A stretch of 64,000 nucleotides of DNA from Phycisphaerales bacterium (GCA_965227775.1 OZ245777.1:2976001-3040000); one strand, 5' to 3'. Numbered from the stretch's first letter, positions 49,047 to 59,038 are shown. Made by a program: numbers and translations. The notes: generated by a model from the sequence alone, not told the origin.

Positions 49047-50345
49047 CTAGCCCAACGGCCGCAAATGTTCCGCCACGGGCGTCCGATAGGCCAGCACCGC
49101 GGGCGCGACGCCTGCCAGGGCCGCAAGCACGACCGCAGCAGCGCCGACGGCCCCGAATGCGGCCAGGGAAACCGCGGGCTCGACGACCAGCCCCAGCTGG
49201 ACCCGAAGGCCCCACGAGACTGCCTGCCCGCCCAGCACGCTCATGCCAACGCCCACGATCGCGCCCGCCGCTCCCAGTAGCACGGCCTCGGCGAGCACCC
49301 AGCAGACGATCCGCCCTCGGCTCGCCCCGAGCACGCGGAAGGTCGCGATCTCGCGTCGACGCATCTGTCCTGCCGAGTAGAGCGCCAGCATGATCGAGAC
49401 CGCGCCCGACACCAGCACGACAAAAGCCACCGCGATGATCAGCCGATCCACGCGGCTGACGATCCGGAACAGGGCATCGATCTCGGACGCGGGCGACGCG
49501 ACGGTAATCGATGGGTTGCGACGCAGTTCGCTGGCCAGTTCTGCAATCGCCGAGCTGGCCTGGCGCCCCTCGCGTACCACACCTCGGAGGTACACACCAG
49601 TCACGAGCCGGTCGGCCGCGCTCAGATCGTCCTCGGTCACACGGTCAGCGCTTCCACCAGCCTCTCGGTCCCGCTTGTCCTGGGCGTGGATGATCCAGCC
49701 CGACGCAAGATCGCTGAAGATCACGCGGTCGTGTGGCGTGCCGCTGATCTCGAGCACGCCGACGACCTCGTACGAGAATCCCTCGTGCACGAAGCCGCCA
49801 CCCGCAAGCCCGCACGTCAGGAGGATCGTGTCGCCCAGCGCAAGGCCCGACTCCTTGGCCACCTGGGACCCCAGGACGACCTCGAACCGATCCTGGATCA
49901 GCCGGCCCTCCGAAACGCGCCAGCGGCCATCCTCGTCTTCGATTTGCGGGTCGTACCCGGCATCGGGGCTGAACTGTTGGAAGAACTCAGGCTGCACCGC
50001 CGTGACGGGATAGTCCTCGAACGAGTCGCCCTGCTGGATGGGCAGTGCATAGGCAACGCGCGGGTCGCGCTGCAACTGCAGGACCTGCAACCACGTCATC
50101 GCTCGGCTCGGCGTCCCGGCGTGGAAGACCGAGTTCAGCACGCTGACTAACGCCGATGGCTCGGCCGAGACGACCAGGTGCATGTTGCCGGCACCGCGTT
50201 CGAGCGTCTGCCGAGTTGCATCACGCATGCTCATGATGGTGAGCAGCAGTCCAACGGCGATCGCGACCGTGATCGTCGTCGTCACGGTCTGGAATCGCCG
50301 CGCGAACAGCGATCCAAACACAACTCTGGAGCCACGCAGCGACAT
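49047..50345 (-). CDS. ABC transporter permease, MacB/FtsX type
   Basis: Large periplasmic loop, YEVVGVL..SGTPHDR, RRREIATFRVLGAS, LAEA. Confidence 0.9.
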   Translation of the reverse strand: MSLRGSRVVFGSLFARRFQTVTTTITVAIAVGLLLTIMSMRDATRQTLERGAGNMHLVVSAEPSALVSVLNSVFHAGTPSRAMTWLQVLQLQRDPRVAYALPIQQGDSFEDYPVTAVQPEFFQQFSPDAGYDPQIEDEDGRWRVSEGRLIQDRFEVVLGSQVAKESGLALGDTILLTCGLAGGGFVHEGFSYEVVGVLEISGTPHDRVIFSDLASGWIIHAQDKRDREAGGSADRVTEDDLSAADRLVTGVYLRGVVREGRQASSAIAELASELRRNPSITVASPASEIDALFRIVSRVDRLIIAVAFVVLVSGAVSIMLALYSAGQMRRREIATFRVLGASRGRIVCWVLAEAVLLGAAGAIVGVGMSVLGGQAVSWGLRVQLGLVVEPAVSLAAFGAVGAAAVVLAALAGVAPAVLAYRTPVAEHLRPLG

Positions 50346-51034
50346 CAGGCTCTCGCCCCCGGAGCGACGCCTGCAAGGCTGGCGAGGTCTTCGACGCGAC
50401 CGAAGTGCGATTCAGCTGTGGGGTCATGGCTCACGCAGAGCAATGCCGCACCCGCCTCGGCGCACGCGTTCTTGATGAGCTCGATGGCAGCATCGGCGTT
50501 CTCGGGGTCAAGGCTCGCGGTCGGTTCGTCCGCCAGCACGAGCGCGGGCTTGGCCGCAACCGCTCTCGCAACGGCGACCCGCTGCTGCTGCCCGACGCTG
50601 AGTTGCTCAGGCCGCGCATCCACCCGCTCGATCCCGAGTCGCTCGAGCAACGCCGCCGCCCGCGCGTCGTGCTCGCTCCGGGGGATATCCGAGAACATCA
50701 TGCCCGCGAGCACATTCTCCCGTGCGCTGAATCCGTGCAGGAGATTGAACGTCTGGAATACGACGCCGAGGTGGCGCCCACGGAAGCGATCCCTCGCAGC
50801 GCCGCGCAGCGCGTGCAGGTCTTGCCCGGCGATCAGCACGCGCCCGAGCGAGGGCTCGAGCAATCCGGCGACCAGGCCCAGCAGCGTCGTCTTGCCGCTG
50901 CCCGACCGCCCGCGGAGCAGCATCATCTCGCCCTCACCAAGCTCTAGCACATCAACACGAACGACCGGCGGGGCGTCTACCGCCCGCCGGTCGTAGCGGA
51001 AGCTCAGATCCTCGATGCGCAGCGCCACGGCCAT
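50345..51034 (-). CDS. ABC transporter ATP-binding protein (LolD/MacB type)
   Basis: GRSGSGKTT, VFQTFNL, LSVGQQQRVAVARA, LADEPTASLD, VSHD. Confidence 0.95.
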   Translation of the reverse strand: MAVALRIEDLSFRYDRRAVDAPPVVRVDVLELGEGEMMLLRGRSGSGKTTLLGLVAGLLEPSLGRVLIAGQDLHALRGAARDRFRGRHLGVVFQTFNLLHGFSARENVLAGMMFSDIPRSEHDARAAALLERLGIERVDARPEQLSVGQQQRVAVARAVAAKPALVLADEPTASLDPENADAAIELIKNACAEAGAALLCVSHDPTAESHFGRVEDLASLAGVAPGARA

Positions 51035-51059
51035 GGGCCAAGCCTACGCACGAGGCGGA

Positions 51060-53246
51060 TTACTCGACTCGGAACTCGATGTCATCCAGACCGATGCGGC
51101 CCTCGTTCGAGCCGAATCCGGGACCGAACTCGAAGCGCACCTGCTCGACGTCGCTCAGGTCCAGGTCGGTTCCGTCGCGCAGGAAGTCCGCGAGCTTGAT
51201 CGTGATGGTCTCGAACTCGTTCGACCAGCCGGCGCCCGAACCCGAGCCCGTCCGCTGGTACACCTCTTCGATCCCGCCGCCGAAGGCGCCGATGTTGATC
51301 GAGCTGCTACCACCTGAGCCATCAACGAGCGTAACCGTGAACGTCAGGTCCTCGAGCTCAGCGACAGTCTCGGGCGCTCGGCTGATCTGGCAGGCCCGGA
51401 AGCTGAGCGACACGAAACCACTCACGTCCCGTTGGATCGGCAACAGCGTGTACGCGAACGAAGCAGCCGCACCATCCCAGCCGAACGTCACGCCATCGCT
51501 GTCGTCGGGCGCGCCAGGGCGGTTGCGGGACATCCCGTTCATGGGCCGCGAGGGATTCCACGTGTACGTGCTATCCAGGTCTCGCATGAGTCCTTCGAAC
51601 ACACCGAACACATTAAAGGAAATCGACGCGCCGCTACTGGCCAGCGTGGTCGAGCTCTGGGTCTGGAAGTCGTCGAGCACGAAGTCGTCGCCGCCGCGAG
51701 CCGGGCGATACTCGTTGTCGACCACGGTGTTGTCGCTGATGGCCGGGAAGTCCAGGCTCTCCCATTGACGCTCGTTCACGTCGCGGGCAGGCTCGTTGCC
51801 TCGCACATAGAGCTGGATGAGCGACAGCCAGTCGATGAGTGCCACTCGCTGCACCTCGGCCCGGCCGATCTCCGTTCCGGGAGGGCCGGCGAAGTCGTTG
51901 AACCCGCAGCAATTGAAGTCGTTGTGGTCGGCACCCTGGATGTAGGTCACCTGCTTGTTGCCCGTGCCACGCTCATAGATCGCGAAGGGCTTGCTGCCGC
52001 TGGCCACGCTGCCGCGAACGTCGCCATCTGACGACCCATAGATGAGATGGAAGTTGGAAGTCCCGGGCAGGGCGCGGATGCCGAAGTCCGTTGGCGCGAT
52101 GCTCGACACGACGAGAATGTCGTCGAGCTCATAGTTCACCGGGTTGTAGTTGCCCGTCACGATGCGGTCGTACGCACGAGCAACGCCCTCGCCGCCCCGG
52201 CTGTGGCCAATCCACACCGTGCGGCTCTGGTCGAGGCGACCGTCGAGTGCTCCGCCCGCAATCGTGCCAAGGTTGCCAAAGAAGTAGTCGGTGTGACGCA
52301 GCGTGGTGCTCGAGGCGGTCTCGATACCCGGGACCGTGTCGTTCTGGTGGCTCATGACCACCCAGCCGTGGCTGGAAAAGTGGTCGTGCATGTAGTCGTA
52401 CCAGCGATAGTCCTGGCCGTTGCCGTGGCTGATGATCACCACAGGAACGTCGCTGCGACTGGCAATGTCGCTCGGATACGTCAGCCGCTGCTGATTGCGG
52501 GAGCCCGGAATGCCGGGGAAGGTCGCGGTATACGTCTCGACGCGCGTCCGCGCAGCGGGGCCCAACGACGTGAGGTCCTTGAACAGCCAGAAGCCCACGT
52601 CGTCGTAACCATCGATCAGGTCCCCGCCATCGAGCATGCCGTTGCGATTGATGTCGATCACGACGTCGTAGGGCACGCCGATGCTCTCGCCCGCGTCGGC
52701 ATTCAGGAAGCTGGTGCCGCCCATCATGGCGATGTTGTCAGCCGTCGAAGCCCCGCCGCCGAACGTCGCTGGCTGCGCGAGCCCACGGGCATCGACCAGC
52801 ATCGGATCGGCAACCCACTCCGATGAGGTCTTGTCATCGACGAGATACACGTCGACCGTGCCACTGGGCACGGTACCCAGCGACGGATCGATCGCGACAG
52901 AGATCACCTGCCCGGCGTTGAACGCCCGGACGTAATCGGCGTGCGGGAACTCGTCCAGCGCGATCGCGGCGAGTTGCAGCACCTGGAAGTCACCAGACGG
53001 GCAGCCGAGCGTGAAAAGGTTCTGGAACTCCAGGAAGTCGAAGATGTCCAGCCGACCATTGCCATCGAAGTCGGCGCGCAGATCGCCGGCATCGAAGAGA
53101 TTCTGAAACTCCAGGAAGTCGAACACCGTCAGTTCGCCATCACCGTCGAGATCTGCCAGGCAGTCACCCTGGGCTTGTGCGGCCGAGCCGATGGCCAGCC
53201 CAGCGGCGATCGTCAACGCCGCGGTAAATCGTGTCTTCATGCTCAT
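51060..53246 (-). CDS. Secreted alpha/beta hydrolase with N-terminal GC-type dockerin (paralog B)
   Basis: Signal peptide, CLADLDGDG..FDFLEFQNLF..GC, SHGNG, GHSRGGEG, DGDV, GADHNDFNCC. Confidence 0.85.
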   Translation of the reverse strand: MSMKTRFTAALTIAAGLAIGSAAQAQGDCLADLDGDGELTVFDFLEFQNLFDAGDLRADFDGNGRLDIFDFLEFQNLFTLGCPSGDFQVLQLAAIALDEFPHADYVRAFNAGQVISVAIDPSLGTVPSGTVDVYLVDDKTSSEWVADPMLVDARGLAQPATFGGGASTADNIAMMGGTSFLNADAGESIGVPYDVVIDINRNGMLDGGDLIDGYDDVGFWLFKDLTSLGPAARTRVETYTATFPGIPGSRNQQRLTYPSDIASRSDVPVVIISHGNGQDYRWYDYMHDHFSSHGWVVMSHQNDTVPGIETASSTTLRHTDYFFGNLGTIAGGALDGRLDQSRTVWIGHSRGGEGVARAYDRIVTGNYNPVNYELDDILVVSSIAPTDFGIRALPGTSNFHLIYGSSDGDVRGSVASGSKPFAIYERGTGNKQVTYIQGADHNDFNCCGFNDFAGPPGTEIGRAEVQRVALIDWLSLIQLYVRGNEPARDVNERQWESLDFPAISDNTVVDNEYRPARGGDDFVLDDFQTQSSTTLASSGASISFNVFGVFEGLMRDLDSTYTWNPSRPMNGMSRNRPGAPDDSDGVTFGWDGAAASFAYTLLPIQRDVSGFVSLSFRACQISRAPETVAELEDLTFTVTLVDGSGGSSSINIGAFGGGIEEVYQRTGSGSGAGWSNEFETITIKLADFLRDGTDLDLSDVEQVRFEFGPGFGSNEGRIGLDDIEFRVE

Positions 53247-53305
53247 ATCTCTCGTTCCTCCGCTCCCCGGTGGTTACTTCTTGGTCTTGTGGTGGTCAGG
53301 CGCGG

Positions 53306-55465
53306 CTATGGCAGCAGCCGGACGTCATCAAGGCCGATGCGACCCGACGGCGAGCCGTAGCTCGGGCCGAAGCGCAGCCGGATCGTTTCAACATTCGCAA
53401 GATCGATCTCGCGACCGTCGCGCGTGAAGTCGACCAGACGCAGTCGAATAGTCTCGAACTCGTTCTGCCAGCCCGCACCCGATCCGAAGCTGGTGCGTGC
53501 ATACGGATCTCGTACGCCCGCGTACTCGCCCGTTGAAACGGCGCTTGAGTTACCTGCGCCGTCGACCAGCTCGATCGTGAAGAACGTGTCGGCGAGCGAG
53601 CCGGTCGTCAGCGGGTGCCGCGTCGACTGCGCCGCCCGCACGCTTAGGCTGGTCATGCCACGAAGGTCGCGTTGATCAACAGGCAGGTCAAACTCGTACG
53701 AAGCATCGGCGGCGTCCCACTCGAAAACAACGCCGGCGGTCGTGTCGCTCGAAGCGCTGCTGGCTCGCGTCATCCCGTTCATCGGGTCGGTGCCACTGGT
53801 CGAGAACGCCGCGTCCCTGTCCTCGAGCCGGCCCTCGGTCAGGCTCGATACATCAAAGGACACGGTTGCCCCACCACTCGCAACGGTTGCCGAAGGCTCG
53901 CTCTGGTAATCATCGACGACCATGCCCACATCTGGACCGGGATTGTGCTCACGGATGATCTTCGAGCTCTGCGCGATGCTGGGCGATTGCAGCGAACGCT
54001 GGTGCCGCCAGATGAACTCCTCAGCCCACGCGTTGTCCTTGAGGTAGCGTTCGGCGAGTGCCAGCCACGTTGCGTTGGCAATCCTCTGGCCCTCGGGGCG
54101 ACCGATAGCCGTCCCCGCCGGCCCCGTAAAATCGTCGAAGCCGCAGCAGTTAAAATCGTTGTGGTCGGCCCCGTGCACGTACGTGACCTGTTTCGACCCG
54201 ACGCCCCGCTCGTACAGCTGGAAGCTCTGCCGGTCGTCGCGGTGCGGGCAGCCGCACACATCGCCATCGGCCGCACCGAACAGCAGGTGGTAGTTCTGGT
54301 CGTGGATCTGGCTGAGCGTCGCACGCCACACCGTGGGAGCAATGCTGCTCGTGACCTTGAAGTCGCTCAGCGAGTAGTTTGTTGGCACGTACACGCCGTC
54401 AACGATCTTGCTCGTCGCGCGGACCACGCCCTCGCCGCCGCGGCTGTGGCCGATCCACATCACCCGGCTCGTATCGACACGACCGGCAAGCACCGGCGCG
54501 ATCGTCTCGTAGTTGCCCAGGAACGCATCGGCGTGACGCAGCATGCTGTCGCTCGCCGCCTCGATACCCGGGATGGTGTCGTTCTGGTGGCTCATAACCA
54601 CGTACCCATGGCTGGCCAGGTGCTGCTGCACGTAGTCATACCAGCGATAGTCGTGCCCGTTGCCGTGCGCGATAATGACGACTGGCATATTGGTCAGGCT
54701 TGGGTCGGCCGGATACACCAGCAGCTCTCGCGTTCGGCTCGAAGGAAGCCCGGGCCAGCTGACCGAGTAGTCGAGCGCCGGCGCGCGGTCATACGGCCCC
54801 AGCCGCGTCAAGTCCTTCGCGTACCAGACACCCGTGTCGTCACCCAGCCCATCGATCAGATCGCCCGGCGAAAGCATGCCATCTCGGTCTGCGTCGATGA
54901 CGATGTCATACCCGGCCGCAACACTCGCCTCGGTTTCGGCCGGCGCAAGCAGGGCCGTCGAGTTCAGCATGAACACGTTCGAGGCGAACGATCCGCCAGG
55001 AAACGTCAGGCTCTGCGCGCCCGAGATGCGAGCGTCGATGAGCATCGCGTCTGCGTCCCACTCGGCTTGCGAGCGTGCTTCGACCACGTAGACATCCACC
55101 GGCACGCCGATGACATCTGGGTACACGCTCGGGTCGACCGCGATCGAAGCGGTCTGACCCACGACGAACGTATCGACGATCTCGATGTGCGGAAAGCCCG
55201 ACATCGGGCGACCAACCAACTCGACCCCGTCAACGTCGGCTGGACATCCCGCGTCGAAGGCGTTCTGAAACGCCAGGAAATCGAACAGCGTCAGATCGCC
55301 GTCGCCGTCAAAGTCGGCGGCAGGGTCGCCAGCGGCAAACAGATTCTGGAACTCGAGGAAGTCGAAGATCGACAGCGTCCCGTCGCCGTCGAGATCTGCT
55401 GGGCAGGCCTGACTGAACGACGCGAGGCCGGCGATAGCCAGCACGGCGAGGGCGGTTCTGCGCAT
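53306..55465 (-). CDS. Secreted alpha/beta hydrolase with N-terminal GC-type dockerin (paralog A)
   Basis: Signal peptide, CPADLDGDG...FQNAFDAGC, AHGNG, GHSRGGEG, DGDV, GADHNDFNCC; start at MRRTAL. Confidence 0.85.
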   Translation of the reverse strand: MRRTALAVLAIAGLASFSQACPADLDGDGTLSIFDFLEFQNLFAAGDPAADFDGDGDLTLFDFLAFQNAFDAGCPADVDGVELVGRPMSGFPHIEIVDTFVVGQTASIAVDPSVYPDVIGVPVDVYVVEARSQAEWDADAMLIDARISGAQSLTFPGGSFASNVFMLNSTALLAPAETEASVAAGYDIVIDADRDGMLSPGDLIDGLGDDTGVWYAKDLTRLGPYDRAPALDYSVSWPGLPSSRTRELLVYPADPSLTNMPVVIIAHGNGHDYRWYDYVQQHLASHGYVVMSHQNDTIPGIEAASDSMLRHADAFLGNYETIAPVLAGRVDTSRVMWIGHSRGGEGVVRATSKIVDGVYVPTNYSLSDFKVTSSIAPTVWRATLSQIHDQNYHLLFGAADGDVCGCPHRDDRQSFQLYERGVGSKQVTYVHGADHNDFNCCGFDDFTGPAGTAIGRPEGQRIANATWLALAERYLKDNAWAEEFIWRHQRSLQSPSIAQSSKIIREHNPGPDVGMVVDDYQSEPSATVASGGATVSFDVSSLTEGRLEDRDAAFSTSGTDPMNGMTRASSASSDTTAGVVFEWDAADASYEFDLPVDQRDLRGMTSLSVRAAQSTRHPLTTGSLADTFFTIELVDGAGNSSAVSTGEYAGVRDPYARTSFGSGAGWQNEFETIRLRLVDFTRDGREIDLANVETIRLRFGPSYGSPSGRIGLDDVRLLP

Positions 55466-55602
55466 GGAGTCTCTCCCCGGAGTGGTGGGCGGCTCGGTGG
55501 GCAAGCCGGCTTCTTGCACAGATTACAGCACCAGGGCGACGACCGCGACGGAAAAAGCCGAAAAAGTGGCCCACGCGGCGAAAAACACGGGGAATCGCGC
55601 TC

Positions 55603-56781
55603 TCAGGCGGCACCCATGGCCCGGACACGCGCCAGCGAGAACGCACCGGCCAACGGATCGGCATCGTGGCCGTCGAGCATCGCCGCCACGGCTCCCGCCG
55701 CTGTCCGATAAGCAAGGGACATCCCGTGACCTGTAAAGCCCCCGCAGAACCAGATCGAGCCATCGTCGCCCACCGGCCCAACGAGCGGCATGCCGTCCGG
55801 CGAGAACCCCATCGTCCCCGCCCACCGCGCCTCAACGTGGATGGGAGCATCGAGGAGCATGCGCGCGAAGGCCTCGATGGCCTCCTGCACCTCCGTCGTC
55901 GAACGGTCATCAAGCGTCTGCTCGTGCGATGCGAACTTGCCGCGGCAGCCTCCGACCACGATCGTGCCGCTGGGCGTCTGTCGGATGTACTCGTGCCCGC
56001 GATTCACGTAGTAGGCATAGTCGAGCCTGACGCCCTCGGCCGAGAGCGCGAGCATCTGGCCGCGGTTGGGGCGCACGACGTCTTCGAGTTGCGGAAGGAG
56101 CGAGCCGGTGTACGCGTTGGTACACACAAGCACTCGCCGGCTGCACACGGTCGCGTTCGCCGTGCGAACCACGCAGTGCGCTCGATCGCCCTCAGCGTGC
56201 TCGATGGCGTGCACTTCCTGCCCGGAGAGCACCGCGCCGCCAAGCTTCGACGCAAGCAGGTTCACCAGTTCCGCCGGATTGACCGTTGCATCGCCCGGAT
56301 TCACAAGGCCGAGCATGGGCAGTCCGCTTGCCCAGGCGCTGTCGGCTCCCGACTCGGTCAATAACACGCCAAAGCCGTCCTCCTGCAGCATGGACACCGA
56401 AGAAGCCAAATCGTCTGCCTCGTCTTGCTCGAGCGCCAGGATGCAACTGGGCGTGTGGCGATATGAGGGCAACTCACCGGCGCCTTCGGAGCGCAGGCCC
56501 CGTAGGTTCTCTTCGCTCCATCGCCAGATGCTGCGCGCCGTCTCCTCGCCGAGCGTGTCACGCGCAACCTTGTAGCTCTCGGCCATGCCGCGCATGAGGA
56601 AGCCGGCGTTTCGCGAACTCGCGCCGGCCCCGGGTGCATGGCGCTCCAGCACAACGACGCTCAAGCCGCGACGCATCAGGTGCAGCGCAGCAGAAAGTCC
56701 GCAGACACCACCGCCGATCACGGCGACGTCTGCGTCGATCAGTTGGGGCTTCGAAGATCTCTGCCAGTATGGAACGGTCAT
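55603..56781 (-). CDS. FAD-dependent oxidoreductase (DAO family, PuuB/OrdL-like)
   Basis: PYW, IGGGVCG, GASSRNAGF, WAGTMGFSPDGMPLVG, GFTGHGM. Confidence 0.9.
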   Translation of the reverse strand: MTVPYWQRSSKPQLIDADVAVIGGGVCGLSAALHLMRRGLSVVVLERHAPGAGASSRNAGFLMRGMAESYKVARDTLGEETARSIWRWSEENLRGLRSEGAGELPSYRHTPSCILALEQDEADDLASSVSMLQEDGFGVLLTESGADSAWASGLPMLGLVNPGDATVNPAELVNLLASKLGGAVLSGQEVHAIEHAEGDRAHCVVRTANATVCSRRVLVCTNAYTGSLLPQLEDVVRPNRGQMLALSAEGVRLDYAYYVNRGHEYIRQTPSGTIVVGGCRGKFASHEQTLDDRSTTEVQEAIEAFARMLLDAPIHVEARWAGTMGFSPDGMPLVGPVGDDGSIWFCGGFTGHGMSLAYRTAAGAVAAMLDGHDADPLAGAFSLARVRAMGAA

Positions 56782-56805
56782 CTGGCATCAGCCAGAGGCC
56801 GGCCC

Positions 56806-57003
56806 TCAGGCGACGGCCAGGCGAGCCTCACGCATGCTCAGCAGGCGGCGGCCGGCGAAGACCAGCAGACCAACACCGACCGCAATAGCAAGCACCGTCG
56901 GCACCGACACCGAGATGGCGCCGGCGTGGAACGCGAGACAATCGGTGCAGAAGCCGGCATGGGCGTGCGAGGCGTGGCAGGCGTGGTTGGTGCAAATGTG
57001 CAT
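56806..57003 (-). CDS. Small His/Cys-rich membrane peptide (65 aa)
   Basis: GGAG RBS before ATG 57003; MHICTNHACHASHAHAGFCTDCLAFH followed by a TM helix and RR. Confidence 0.55.
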   Translation of the reverse strand: MHICTNHACHASHAHAGFCTDCLAFHAGAISVSVPTVLAIAVGVGLLVFAGRRLLSMREARLAVA

Positions 57004-57155
57004 CGTGCGTCTCCGTTCTATGCCCTGGGCGTCTGTGCCCCGCGGGGAATGCTGAGTGTACCAGGGCGATAATCGAGTTTCAAGAATGACCTTCCGCAGA
57101 TCGGCAGATCCGGTCGACGGGGCCAGCAAGGCGAATCGGTCCGGCCCACAAACGA

Positions 57156-57187
57156 CACCGCGGCAGGCTATCGGGCCTGCCGCGGTG
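57156..57187 (-). terminator. Intrinsic terminator after rpmG
   Basis: CACCGCGGCAGGC-6 nt-GCCTGCCGCGGTG, 13-bp perfect stem, then TCGTTTGT on the minus strand. Confidence 0.75.
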
Positions 57188-57216
57188 GCTTGGTTCGTGC
57201 TGGCAACCCGGGTGGG

Positions 57217-57399
57217 CTACTTCCGCTTGATCTTGTGGAGCGTGTGCTTGCGAAGGCGGGGGCAGTACTTGTTGATGCCCTCCTTCATGCCCTCGGGCAG
57301 CCCACCACGGACGTTGACCGAGGTTCGGTAGTTGAGGTCGCCGGTCTCGCTGCACTGGAGCCAGACGTATTCGCGGGCAGCGCCCTTTTTCTTAGCCAT
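57217..57399 (-). CDS. rpmG: 50S ribosomal protein L33
   Basis: REYVWLQCSETG..NY...KYCPRLRKHTLHK; immediately after tuf. Confidence 0.93.
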   Translation of the reverse strand: MAKKKGAAREYVWLQCSETGDLNYRTSVNVRGGLPEGMKEGINKYCPRLRKHTLHKIKRK

Positions 57400-57434
57400 G
57401 GGTCACGTCCTCTTGGGCGTTTCGCAAAAGGTGC

Positions 57435-58637
57435 TTACTCGATGATCTCGGTGACGACGCCCGAACCGATGGTGCGGCCACCCTCGCGGACGGCGAATCG
57501 CAACCCGGCCTCCATGGCGACGGGCTTGCCCTCGAGGTCGACCTCGATCTCGACGTTGTCGCCGGGCATGCACATCTCGGCGCCGCCAAGCAGGTTCACC
57601 GAGCCGGTCACGTCGGTCGTCCGCATGTAGAACTGCGGCTTGTAGCCCGAGAAGAACGGCGTGTGGCGACCACCTTCTTCCTTGGTCAGCACGTAGACCT
57701 CACCCTTGAACTTGCGGTGGGTCGCGATCGAACCGGGCTTCACGATGACCTGGCCGCGCTGGATGTCGCCCTTCTCAACGCCGCGGAGCAGCAGGCCGCA
57801 GTTGTCGCCGGCCATGCCCTCTTCCATCGACTTGTTGAACATCTCAACACCGGTGATGGTGGTCTTAAGCGGCTCGGGGCGCAGGCCCACGACCTCGGCG
57901 GCATCGCCAACCTTGACCACGCCGCGCTCGATACGGCCGGTAGCGACCGTACCACGGCCCTTGATGCTGAACACGTCCTCGACGGCCATCAGGAAGGGCT
58001 TGTCGGACTCACGCGGCGGCTCGGGAATGTAGCTGTCCAGCGCGTCGAACAACTCGTCGACGCCCTTGTTGGCAGCGTCATCACCAGGGTTCTCGACCGC
58101 GGCCTTGGCGGTGATGTGCACGATCGGGGTGTCGTCGCCGGGGAAGTCGTACTTGCTCAGCAGGTCGCGGACTTCCATCTCGACGAGCTCGAGCAGCTCG
58201 GGATCGTCGACGAGGTCGACCTTGTTGAGCGCAACAACGATGTAGGGCACGCCCACCTGGCGGGCCAGCAGCACGTGCTCGCGAGTCTGGGGCATGGGGC
58301 CGTCGGCGGCCGACACGACCAGGATGGCGCCGTCCATCTGGGCGGCACCGGTGATCATGTTCTTCACGTAGTCGGCGTGGCCCGGACAATCGACGTGGGC
58401 GTAGTGGCGGTTGTCGGTCTCGTACTCGACGTGCGACGAGTGGATCGTCACGGTCTTGGACGAGTCACGCACGGTACCACCCTTGGTGATTTCGGCGTAG
58501 CTCTTGGCCTTGCCGCCGCGCTTGGTGGCCGAGCGAGCGGCCATGGCGGCCGTCAGGGTGCTCTTGCCGTGGTCGATGTGACCGATCGTGCCGACGTTCA
58601 CGTGCGGCTTGGTCCGCTCGAAGACATCTTTTGCCAT
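57435..58637 (-). CDS. tuf: Elongation factor Tu
   Basis: [56 protein letters not shown]. Confidence 0.99.
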   Translation of the reverse strand: MAKDVFERTKPHVNVGTIGHIDHGKSTLTAAMAARSATKRGGKAKSYAEITKGGTVRDSSKTVTIHSSHVEYETDNRHYAHVDCPGHADYVKNMITGAAQMDGAILVVSAADGPMPQTREHVLLARQVGVPYIVVALNKVDLVDDPELLELVEMEVRDLLSKYDFPGDDTPIVHITAKAAVENPGDDAANKGVDELFDALDSYIPEPPRESDKPFLMAVEDVFSIKGRGTVATGRIERGVVKVGDAAEVVGLRPEPLKTTITGVEMFNKSMEEGMAGDNCGLLLRGVEKGDIQRGQVIVKPGSIATHRKFKGEVYVLTKEEGGRHTPFFSGYKPQFYMRTTDVTGSVNLLGGAEMCMPGDNVEIEVDLEGKPVAMEAGLRFAVREGGRTIGSGVVTEIIE

Positions 58638-58887
58638 CGCCGTCTACCTCCAGCATTGCCTCGTTGTCGGCCGCCCCGCTGTAAGGGCGTCTGGCCGACC
58701 GGTTTCTCATGAATCACAGCCGGAATCCACGCGGAACCGGCGATGTCTGCCTTTTGCCCGGCGGTGCTCCGAGCCCGAAATCCCCGCTCAAACACAGCGG
58801 GAGGGATTATAGACTGGTCGAGAGCCCAAATCGGGTCTCGCATGCCCGGCACGACCAACGCCCAGGCGTCGGTCGCAGGGCCAGCAA

Positions 58888-58959
58888 AGCCGCTGGTGAG
58901 ACTTGAACTCACGACCTCACCCTTACCAAGGGTGCGCTCTACCACTGAGCTACAGCGGC
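58888..58959 (-). tRNA. tRNA-Thr(GGT)
   Basis: GCCGCTGTAGCTCAGTGGTAGAGCGCACCCTTGGTAAGGGTGAGGTCGTGAGTTCAAGTCTCACCAGCGGCT; canonical position upstream of tuf. Confidence 0.97.
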
Positions 58960-59038
58960 GCTCCGGGCTACCCCCCGCTCAGCGGGAGGAATCCTCGCCC
59001 AAAAGCGAGCCAACATCGTACCCCATGGCATTTGGCCG

